From the human T2T-CHM13v2.0 reference genome, Homo sapiens: DNA of 64,000 bases. The translations under genes were made by a program, and so were the position numbers. The notes below the pieces were generated by a model. It saw only the letters and a list, made by a program, of their open reading frames with translations. It made no database searches and was not told the origin of the DNA. Positions within the stretch are counted from its first letter, which is position 1. The number at the start of each line of letters is the position of its first letter. Below, one piece after another: positions 46,043 to 58,410 of this stretch. The stretch lies in the NCBI RefSeq assembly GCF_009914755.1, contig NC_060934.1. One strand, given 5' to 3'.

Positions 46043-47397
46043 TGAAATCATTGAGATGTATTTTTATTTATCATTTGAGCAGCAGGACTTCTGATTAATG
46101 AAATTTCTGTCACTATGACTGCTTGATAATCATAAACCTGTAGTTTTTCCTAATAATGTAGTAATCTTTTTTTTTATACTTTTCAAGTTCAGATTATTTT
46201 TCCCGTAGTTTGTTTTCATGGTTTTCGAATTCCTTAAACACACCTGAGAGCTTGAATCTCTACTGTGAGCCCTGCTTCTATTTGATGTGGGCTTCTGGCT
46301 CAAGGAGAGGCAAGGTTGCCTTGTTGAGGTTCATTAGAACGTGCCATTTTGGCAACTTAGACACTTGCTGAACTGCGAGGACTTTCTCTTGGCTTCGCTT
46401 TTAATGACCCCCACTGGGAACATTTCCTCCTGCCACCACCTGGTCAACACAGCTCATGTTTCACTGTTGGCTCTGCAAATAGAAATCATCTTCTCTAACA
46501 CCTCACCTGATTAAGTGTGAATCTGCTGCTCGGGCCTCAGTGGGCAGCAAGAGGTTGTGTTTGTTGCCCAAGAGACTTGTGTGTTTGCAAGGTGCTTTCT
46601 CACTGTGCACACGTGGGCACATACTCCTTTCCGCTTGCCTGTGTCAACAGTGTCCAGGTGGATGTGGACGTGTTCATGGGCAGCTTCCTTTCCTTACCTG
46701 GTTGCTTATGTGAGAGCCCGCCCTTCTTCAAACCAACGGGTGGAATCATAAAGGAAGGGTGTTCACAAATGGCAGCTCTAGCAGTAGGTTTGATACTGCA
46801 GGATGAATGTCCCTCTCGCTCTCTGACCTTGCAGGTGTCCTCTGTGACTGAGCTGATCCATTCACACTTAGGATTTGTTTTGCCCACTAATTTATCAAGA
46901 TGTGATTACTTGTCTGTGGGATGGTGCCATTTCACTGTGATGAATCCACCACGATGGGAAAAAAATACACCCATCGTGCCTCTGTCCCCTCAATCTTACG
47001 GAAAAAAGACTGAAATTGGCAATGCTGCTGCCATGTCTTAATCCCACTTATTGAGCTCATTGCTCAAAGTTTATTGAGGCTAGTCAGAGAATGGGTGTTA
47101 GAAAGAAGGAGAGAAGTGGACGTAGGTAGAGGGATGCTCTCCCATAGGACATCCTCACTCAACTGCACCATAATCACTTCCCATCCACAACTAGACAGTA
47201 AGTTCCTCAAGCACAGAGACCCCCTCCTTCATACCTGTATTTCCAGTGCCCAACACAGCACCTGCCATGTAACAGGGCTTCTCAAATGATGCCTGTTCAG
47301 TGCAGTAGGAGAGATGCCAGATTTCAAGAATCCTCTGCCTGAGGAAGTTCTTATGGTCCCTGCCTTCTCACACTGTGGTCTTTAAATATGCTCGTGT

Positions 47398-47804
<407 letters not shown>

Positions 47805-49639
47805 CTATCCACACTTCTTCACAAAGAGGGAGCGCTGGCAGCCCCTCCAATGGACCTTTTATCCACCCCCATCCTGTTTTCCTCCTGGTCACTGCATCAC
47901 CAACTTAAGGTATAGTATAAAGAACCAGCAGTGTCCTGCCAAACACACACACACACACACTCACTCACAATAAACACCCGATCCACAAACTTCTGCTCTA
48001 CTCAGTGAAAATGGAAGGAATCCAATTTCATCAATTTCCTTGTCAATCTCATTAGGCAAGGAGGTAGTTCCCAAAGTCATGCACACTCTGCCTCTATCTA
48101 ACTGCTTCCCATACAAAAACCTGTGCAAAGCACACCAAACATGAGCCAGTAAAATAAGCCTAGCTCAGCCGGTGTCTGAGACAGGGCTGCTTTCCTTGAC
48201 CCCTCTTCCGTCATCTTTTACATGGTCCATTGTCACTGGCCTCTGCCATTGGAAGCCCTCACTGAACTGCACTGTGGTTGCTTCCCAACCATGATCAGAC
48301 TGCGAGTTCCTCAAGCGTAGGGACCTCTTCCTTTACACGTGTATTTCCAGTGCCCAAGTCAGCATCTGCCCTGTAACAGAGCTTCTCAAATACCACTTGT
48401 TCACTGAACCAGGGAGAGATGCCAGACTTCAGGAATCCTCTGAAAGGAGGTACCTAGTTCCATTCTTTGAGGTCAAATGCAGAAAACCAAGCAAATGGGA
48501 TGCCTTTCGATAAGCAGCAGGATATTTTACCTAGCTAGTGTTCATTTTCTTTTTAAACAACCCAATGTCTGGCTTGCAAAGTTTCACCAAATAATATTAT
48601 AAAAAAAGCACCATCTACTCTCTAATGTCAGTCTATGCGCGGGAGCTTCGTGAAGGGCTCTTTTCATCTGGATCTTTTTCCCGTTAACAAGTAGTTCCTG
48701 CCTTTCAGATGTCGGGCTCACCCATCTCTCTACACAAATGATTGTGTTTCTAGAACTGCAGGGGCTCTTTCTAGTCGGAGCTGACCTGGCACAACTGCCA
48801 AGTAAATCTGGGTGGCTGAGAGAACAAAAGAGTCAAACCCTTCTGAAGGAATCGCACTTCTCAGCTGTTAATCTACGACAAGCTCTCCTTCTCTGATACT
48901 CTAACACATAAAGCACTGATATTTTCCCTTTCAAGGGTTTTATCACAGTTCTGGGTCAGGAACTCTGTCTTCATTTTCTCAATTAGCACTTTACTTCTGC
49001 AAGCCTTTTAGCTTTTGTCTCTGGCTAACATAGCTTTTAACCTCCTTTGAATGTCAGATCCTACTGAGCCATTTTGCTTCACTTTGCATCAATTTTTCCA
49101 CCATTACTGCCTTCATTTTGGCTAATTGCATTTAGTTAATTTGATGCCATTTATATGTACAGTGCCATTTACAGTCAAAGTATTTTAAGTTTTCTAAAAC
49201 TGCCTGTCTTAAGATTCAATTGAAAGTGTCTCAGATTTGAAGGAGTCCAATTTTATCCAATTTCCTTGTCATTCTCATTAGGCAAGGAGGTGGCTGTGGT
49301 GGAAGGAGGCCTATTCAACCTATTTAATGGTTATATTCACTGGGAGAAAAGTGAACCACAAAATGGGAAAGGCATGAAGTACCCTTGGCCCAGCCTTCAG
49401 TCCACTGACTCACTCACCCAAAGAGCCAAGATGGGGAGAATTTAATGAGATTTCCTAGCATCAGCAAATGCCCCCCTGGGGTACCTTTTGGGAAGCCACT
49501 ACTTGAGCAAGCAGTGCTCTGTAAGTATTTCTGAGTGGGTGCAGAAGTTCATGGATTGGGCGTTTGTTGTGAGTGTGTATATGTGTGTGTGTGTATGTGT
49601 GTGTGTGTGCATGTGTGTTGGGCCAGACATGGCTGGTTA

Positions 49640-49958
49640 TTTCTTTATTTTTAATTTTTATTTTTTTCTCTTTAGAGACAGGTTCTAATTCTGTCACCCA
49701 GGCTGGAGTGCAATGGTGTGATCATAGGTCACTGCAGCCTTGAACTCCTAGGCTCAAAGGATCCTAAAACAGACTCTGAGTAGCTGGGACTACAAGTGTG
49801 CGCCCTTATGCCTGGCTGATTTTAAAAAAAAAATTTATTTTGTAGTGTCAGTATCTTGCTATGTTGCCCAGGCTGGTCTCTAACTCTCTAACTCAACTGA
49901 TTCTCCTGTTCTGGCCTCCCAAAGTGCTGGGATTACAGGTGTGAGCCACCACGTCCAG
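49640..49958 (-). mobile_element. AluJ-like in intron 13, preceded by (TG)n at ~49575-49618
   Basis: Reverse Alu consensus. Confidence 0.9.
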
Positions 49959-50498
49959 TCTGCTGGTCCTTTATACTGTACTTCAAGTTGGGCAGTGAAA
50001 TGACTAGGTGGGTAGCAGGAAGGGGGCAGATAATAGAGTTCACTGGAGAAGCTGCCAGCTTTTTCTGTCCCCCAACCCATTCCTCCCCCACCAATTAATC
50101 TTAGGAAGAAAGTAAGGCAGGAGGTGGTGGGAGGGTTGTGATCTAGGGCATGGTGAGGTTTCTACCTGCTCAAAGGAAATACACTACACTTTCAATCTTT
50201 CCCCAGTGAATAAGAATTCCACACCGTCTTTCCCCACCTCCCCTTCAAGGGTCGGGAGAGAGCAAGCATTGTGAATTGTTTCTTTAGTTGTAAAATAAAC
50301 GAGGGGACATAATATATGCTTGGACTTGTTTGAAAATAATTCAGAGTCAGGGATGACAGACATAAATTAAGTTTCCTATGATCTGATAATTGTTGAAGCA
50401 GGGTCGTGCACATAGAGAATTCATTCTACTATTTCTTTTCCATTTGTGAATATGTTTGAAATTGCCCAAAATAAGAAGTTCAGAAAAAGTATAAGATG

Positions 50499-50802
50499 AG
50501 GCTAGTTGCGGTGCCTCACACCTATAATCCCAGCACTTTGGGAAGCTGAGGTGGGTGGATCACAAGGTCAGGAGTTCGAGACCAGCCCGGCCAATGTGGT
50601 GAAATCCCGTCTCTACTAAAAATACAAAAAATTAGCTGGGTGTGGTGGTGTATGCCTGTAATCCCAGGTACTTGGGAGGCTGAGGCAAGAGAATCGTGTG
50701 AAGCCAGGAGGCGGAGGTTGCAGTGAGTGGAGCTAGTGCCACTGCATTCCAGCCCGGGCAACAGTGTGAGACTCCATTTCAAAAAAAAAAAAAAAAAAAA
50801 AA
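50499..50802 (+). mobile_element. AluS-like in intron 13
   Basis: Alu consensus; TSD ataagatga. Confidence 0.94.
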
Positions 50803-51083
50803 AGGATAAGATGAATGCTAATTCATAGATCCTTGCCCAATTTGCTGTTTTCAAGGAGGCCAATCAGTGGCCAACTTCAAGGGGCATTACTATGATTTGC
50901 CCTATGCTTCTCGCTACTAGGGAAAGAGACATTGTTAATTCTAGAAAATAATAGCACATGTGAACGCCTGTAGTAATTCCTACCCGCCCTAAATTCACAG
51001 ACATTAGAAACCCTCCCAGTAACACAGCCTCGGAATCAAAGAGAATCTGCAAAGCCATGCAGCCGAAGTGAACTCTGTGATAC

Positions 51084-51221
51084 CTGTGTGATCCTGAATG
51101 GGTCCCGTCTTGCTGGTCAACACACTCCACTTGAGCTGCACGTGATTGTCATGTTCCCAGTGGCAGAAGGTCTTGTGAGAGCCCCAGCCAAATTCACAGT
51201 TAAAACCATATGTTGGAAACT
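51084..51221 (-). CDS. NRP1: NRP1 exon 13 (138 nt, phase 1-1): start of MAM domain EFPTYGFNCEFGWGSHKTFCHWEHDNHVQLKWSVLTSKTGPIQDHT
   Basis: Peptide within ORF 51004..51318; acceptor ccactgaAG|AG, donor ACAG|GTatca. Confidence 0.96.
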
Positions 51222-52324
51222 CTTCAGTGGGTGGGAAGTAAAAATAAGAGACAAGCAAAGAAAGGCAAATTTGATCATTTAGGGTCACAAAGGCCCTTGG
51301 TTCACTCATGGAAAGCACGATTTATACAACTTTATGTCTGTTTGAAAATTCCAGGAAAGCCAGGATTACCAAGAAACCAAAAGATGCATGGAGATGTCAA
51401 AATGTTTGCAAAACCACATTTAGTAATTTCTTTAAAAATCCAGCTTTAAAAGGATTATGGACTGCCTGTCAAATTGGGTTTACATAAAATCTCCAGGAAG
51501 GCTATTTTCTAAAGCACGTGTATTACATTTGCTGCACTCTCCCCATTTCCACAGTATTTAATATGAAAGCCATTCTGTTCTTGAGGATAAATCATATAAG
51601 TTGATACCCACCAATGAAAAGAATCTTAATTAGAGATTGACCCATGAAGCCTCAAAAGTGGAAAGTAACTTGGCGAAATGCCTCACCCAGGAGGTTTTCT
51701 CTATTTCCACCTCACCAGTTCATGCTTCAGGTCTTTAATGTCAGGGTTAGAATCTCTTAAGCATTTTAGGATTATTTTTTTTTCTTCCATGCCTTCTATA
51801 AGGTCGATTAATTTAAGTATAAATTTCTGCTTTTTTAATTTCTAAATTTACATATAAATTGTTCACCCGGCTTAAAACCTCAATGTAAGGTCATCTAAAT
51901 CCAAAGCCCATTTCAATAGCTACCCGTTTTTACTTCTCTTTTCTTTTTTTTAATGTTCAAAAGGCTTCCTTAGGAATCTGAAAAGACAGCGTGAATGAAT
52001 TCACGGGAATGACTTGCCTTGTGTGTGCCCTACAAGGTGCTGTTGGACTATGGTGTTTTTAAAACCCACAGCCTGACATTTTACACAGCCTCTTTTTGAA
52101 AGGAGCTTAACTTTTAAGTATGGGAAAAATGAAATCATTGCTACTTATTCCAAGTATGACTGTTGTTTTGGTAAACATAAGCTAACAATAAAAAAAATTC
52201 TAAAGATGAAATTCTCGGGCTTCTGCCCCCTCCTTTCGTCCTCCTATAAAGAACGAAGCCCGCAGATGCAGCTGTTTTCTCCAGTGACGAAGGGCCTTTA
52301 GGCTTGTCACTGACTTTAGGCAGT

Positions 52325-52338
52325 CCACGAGGTGGCAG
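52325..52338 (+). promoter_or_regulatory. Candidate CTCF core motif CCACGAGGTGGCAG in NRP1 intron 12
   Basis: Close match to the CTCF consensus CCASYAGRKGGCRS (one deviation); motif only, no binding data. Confidence 0.55.
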
Positions 52339-55300
52339 CATTGAAACAAACAGGAAGGCGCCTGGGGCATCTGGACCGTTGAACTTAAAAATAAGCCTCA
52401 AAAGAATCCCTATGAACAATAAGGGAAGTCTGGTATTAGATGCTGTATTAGGGTCAGGCCAAGACCTTATCTCATTTTGAGCTTCTTTAACTTGCTTGTG
52501 TTTATTAACAAAGTATCTCGCCTTCTGCTCTGAGCCTTGTCTCCATGGCCCCTCCCCCAATGGCAGGAGGAATTTTAATGGGAAGATTTATTGAATAGAT
52601 AAGAATGATTTACTTTGCATTTTTAGTTTATAAGGAACCCTTTTCTAGAGCTAATGTCAAATTTTGGAAGGAATCCACCATAAAAACTGTCCAAATGGAG
52701 CAGTTTGGATTCTCCCAATGATAATGTGACCTCCCAAAGGGTAGACAGAGCCAGTTTGGGAAAGTAAACTAGTAAGCTATGTGATGTGTAAAATGTGAGT
52801 ACTTTCATTTAGTGCAAACAGGCTATATTTCACAGCTGTAGTGTCATCGGAGAGATATATTTCATGTCTAGTCTATCATAGCCATGAAATAGGACTTCTT
52901 AAGGCATGGGAAACCCTCTCCAAAATTTACCACTCTTTTCCGCAGCAAGATTGAATTATGTAGATGAAGTACAGTCAACTGAACGGTGACTGAATGATTG
53001 AGCAACCTTGGATGCCAACGCCCATGACCCTGAAATGTACTGTTGCATAATCTCATGTTAGAAAATGTTAATATTGGAACATGTTAATGTGTGTGTGGTT
53101 TTGATTTTTCTCCTTAAATGTACTTTATAAAACATGCACATTCAGGATAAAGAAAGCCACCCCAGCACACACAGTTCTGCCTGTATTTACTTTGTTAATA
53201 CATTACATTTATTGTTTATAGAACAGAAAATGACATCATCCATTCTTTTGGCTCTTCATATTCTGATGATACCATAAAATGTAGGAACTTGGATATTTTT
53301 GAAATGACCAGGACATGGAACCGCTTTGCCTGAAAAAATGTTTCAGGCACTTCTCGCTTCAGAGAATGACAGTCTGCCTTTACCTTCCAATGTCCTTCCC
53401 CATCCTGTACATTTAACCAGGTGAACCGCTCTAAGTTTTTGTATTTTACTGCTCTTTTATCTTCTTGTCTTGATCATGTAACTTGTGGCAATTTGGTTAT
53501 TTAAAGGATATGTTTTTAGATCAATGCCTTTTGTTGGGGAGGGTTATGGAGTGAGAGGTTCAATGTGGAAACTTCCAGCCTGGCTAGAAAGACAAACACA
53601 CAAACCACCCATAAACATTTATAGAAAGGGAAAAGAAAGAGAGAAGGACAGAGGAAAGGAGAAAGGGAGAGAGAAAAGGAGAGAAAAAAGCAAATTAATG
53701 AATGAAACAAACATATAGGACTACTGACGTTTACGTTTTCAAAATATTACCCAAGCCCTGGCGGGGCACACAACTCTCATTAAATTCAATGGGGGTAATC
53801 CAGCTAAATCCCTTCTTGACTCTTAAAAATAGCAGGAAACAATATTCTGAACTTAAAACAAATTTACAGCCTCTGAGAGCAAGTACCAGCTGTGCTTGCC
53901 CAACCCATCTTGCCTGAAGTTGGATCATTAGCACCATATGTATGCATAAGGATTTAATTTTTATATCTGGTATTCCAAACTTCTATAGAGCAGTTTAACT
54001 CACTTGTTCATAGACTAGTCTTTCAGTCTAAACAAGCAGAGGTGCTCAGGCCCATACAATCGTAGGTGATGAATATACTCCGAACTGCTGCAGGAATGCT
54101 GGAGGAGCCTCAGAGGGTTAGAGCTCTCGCCAGAGAGAGCTAGATTAAAAATGTAAGGATCCCATCACTTGCTGGCAGAGCATTAACCAGCTTTTATGCA
54201 TCTGATTACATAAAAGTATATAAATATTATATGCCCATGGAGTTTATTATATTGATGAGAATCAGCAAGATGAAATAGTAAGACTCTGAGTTGAGTCTAT
54301 AATAGCAAAATGGAATTATGATGAAGGTTTTGAGGTCTCATTGACTGCTGCTTGTGATGATGCTTGAAGAATCTGGAGCCTGCAGAACAGTGTGGATCAA
54401 AGTATCAGGTGACTCAGGCCACTGGGTCAACTCTTCAGAGTTAGACCTGACCCCTGGCTTGAAGCATGCTCAAGTCCCCATGCAATATTCTGGGCATTGA
54501 CTTAGCCAGAAGGTGACAATCAACAGAAGTCCTTCCAGGAAGGTCAGACAGCCCATTACCCACAAACAGAGCACTTGGAGTCCAGATTCATGACTCAGAC
54601 AATGGAGAAACAGGAAAGCAAGTCAATTTGAAAAGAACTCTGCACTGACTGTGAAATGCAAACCGGACCTGACCACCCCTGATCAGTAGACCCGCGTGGT
54701 TTGGATTGAACTTGTTCAGATGGTGATAGCAACGGGTCCTACTGTTTGCAATTTGCATACCTGCCCTCTGACCACAGTAGACTCTGTGACAGGACCGACT
54801 GGCCCCTCTGAGAAGCCATCCCTTGAGTGACCTTGAGATTGTGCACAAATCAAATGTGTTAACAAAACCGCTCCTGCTCTGACAATATTGACCTTCAACA
54901 TTCAGGGAAGATTACCTAGATTTGGAATCTGATAGAACTTTCCATTTTCTACACAGCTGTTGTTCACTTTTATTTTTTTTAACGATCCCTACCCCCTTTC
55001 ATAGTCAAGGAGAAGAGAGATGAGATGAAACAAATTAGCTGGCGACTTCATAGTGGCTTTAATTACCTCTCTGGTAAGAGAAGAAACTGCAACAACAGCT
55101 AAAATGTTTGTTATATGATCAGAACTTCATTTGTTCACCTCACCCCTCTTCCCTATCCCAGAAAGGACATAGAGAACCAACTGGTGGTCACTACCCTTCA
55201 TCCACAGAAAATCTTCCTGAGGGCTGAGAACTTTCAGGAAAGGTACAAAGAAAAGGAAAGGCACGGCTTTTTTCATGAGATACCTTCAGCTATGGGAGGT

Positions 55301-56424
55301 GCCTGCGCAGTCTTTGAAAGCCACATTTTACAACTTAAGATGTGTGTAGGACGACACCATTTTCTGAATTTAGGCAGTGACTCTTCTGTTTCATCTCTTG
55401 GTTTTGTAGAGGGTGTCTGGGCTGTGTGGTAGCAGGAATTTTGTCAACCTGAACATGCTACAGGGCAGCTGGGGGTTAAGTTTGACCAAAGAGAAGTTTG
55501 TTTTGCAGTTTAATCAGGTCAACAGTGACAGCGTCCTTTAAGGAAGCATACTAATTAGGGCGGCCCTTTCTACTTTCTGCCTAGCTGGGTAGTGTCATAC
55601 CATAGAGGAAACATTGATATACACCACACGCCCCATTAATAAATGACTGCAGAAGCCAAGACTGAGTGAGCTTCAATAGAGGAAATGGGAGAAAGCTGGA
55701 AAACTGACCTGTTCACCTTAGTCTAATGATTAACTTTAAAGTATTTAAAACCTCTGATTGCTTATACTGACTGTTTCCCTTCATGTACGTCTGCCGGGAA
55801 GAATTTCACAGGATACTAACAAAACACAAAGGCCAGTGAGAGGAAGGCCACCGTTTAACCGTGACTGGCCCCTGATCGACAGCAAACCGAGGGCTTTAAA
55901 AGTCGTTACGCTTTTCTATTAATAAAAGGATGAGGAGGTGCTGTTCCCAAGGGTGTGCTTCTCTCTGTGCACAATTATAAACTCTGGTTTCCTGAACCCC
56001 GTTTTGTGGCACGCCCACTGGAAACACTGTTGTAAAACTGCCAACTCCATGGCAGGCAAAACTGACAAACTTTGCCTGCCTGGGTTTTGCAGGATTGGGA
56101 TGAAAATAAATAGTCGGGCTGTGCTGCCTGTGAGATTTCCTTCTCCTGTAGTTTGCAAACACAATCCATGTCCTAGATGTGCTGCGTTTAAACAAAGTAT
56201 GTTACTCCGTTCCTTCAGTGGAGAGCTGGGATTGTCACCATTTGGCAATTACTGATGGAGAAGGAAATCTCACTCCCTGCTGCATATACATGTGGATGAA
56301 AGGAAAGCAATATTTATGGCTCATGCTTGGAGACCAGATGCTGTGTGGCATCTCTCCTTCTAGGACTTTCAGAGAAACTGAAAGCGAGGAGCGCAGCCGC
56401 GGAGAGAAGAGAGGTACATGGAAT

Positions 56425-56452
56425 CTGTCACATTTCGTATTTTATTTGATAC
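56425..56452 (-). other. NRP1: Intron 12 read-through terminal segment of soluble s12NRP1: Gly-Ile-Lys-stop with overlapping AATAAA
   Basis: G|GT ATC AAA TAA; AATAAA at 56446-56441 overlaps the stop at 56444-56442; matches the known GIK C-terminus of soluble NRP1. Confidence 0.9.
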
Positions 56453-56512
56453 CTGATTGTATGGTGCTGTCTATGACCGTGGGCTTTTCTGTGGCCAGCA
56501 CAGTGGTGCCAC
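56453..56512 (-). CDS. NRP1: NRP1 exon 12 (60 nt, phase 1-1): GGTTVLATEKPTVIDSTIQS
   Basis: Manual translation of the minus strand; acceptor tttttcAG|GT, donor TCAG|GTatca; in frame with exons 11 and 13. Confidence 0.96.
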
Positions 56513-56719
56513 CTGAAAAACAAAAACAGGAACATGCAAAAATAAGAAAACAGTAGCGAATATGCAGGAGAAAAATGTATGCTTACAAATGTCTATCAGA
56601 GGCAAATATTTTCCATAGAAAAATCCTTTTAATTTCAATGATAGCAATTGTTTCCCTTCAATTTTGCTCACCACAATATCAAATTCAAATAAACCATTAT
56701 TTTTTTTTTTTACCTAACG

Positions 56720-57265
<546 letters not shown>

Positions 57266-57879
57266 GTATCCTAACACCTTTCTTTACAAAGCATCCAGAA
57301 GGCACCCAGAAATTGGGACTTCACTCCACGGGCACTCACTGATTCCCAGACGACGCATGGCACACAATTGCAACAGTGAAAAGCAAAGGCCTCTGAAAAA
57401 GCAAAGCCACCTTCTCGGTGACTTGGGTATTAAACTTGACCTCAACCTCTAAGCTTCAAATCGTTTTCCAAGGTTTCAGGTGTGTGCCTTTAGGGAAGTT
57501 GCAAGGCTAGTCCCCACAATCTATTTTAAAAACTAGAAAACTGAGGGTTTAAAGTAAGATGCTATGGTTCCTCCTCTGTTTGGCTACTGGAGCTGTTTAC
57601 TTTTCTCAAGGACAAATACCCTGCCCTGTATGTGGTTTGGAGAAGCTGCAGGAAGCAGCAGGAAAAGGGGAACAGGAGAAATATTTCATAGTCCCAAGGA
57701 ATTGGAAGACTGAACAAATAACACCCTGAGTGCTGTGAACTTCCAATTAGTGCAGGCCTACTGCATCTCACTGGTCAGGGGACAGGCTGTAACCTTATCT
57801 ATTAAGACTTAGCTTTACCCTCTCTTCCACCTCTTTACTCACCCATTTCCCACTGTTCATCATTATACTTCTGTTTTAA

Positions 57880-58410
<531 letters not shown>

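Noticed and set aside
46517-47041. 174-aa antisense ORF in intron 13
   Set aside because: Non-ATG start, no recognisable protein features
51004-51083. Intron 13 read-through (GITEF...WEGF stop) as another soluble isoform
   Set aside because: No AATAAA/ATTAAA seen nearby on the minus strand, and it would truncate mid-MAM
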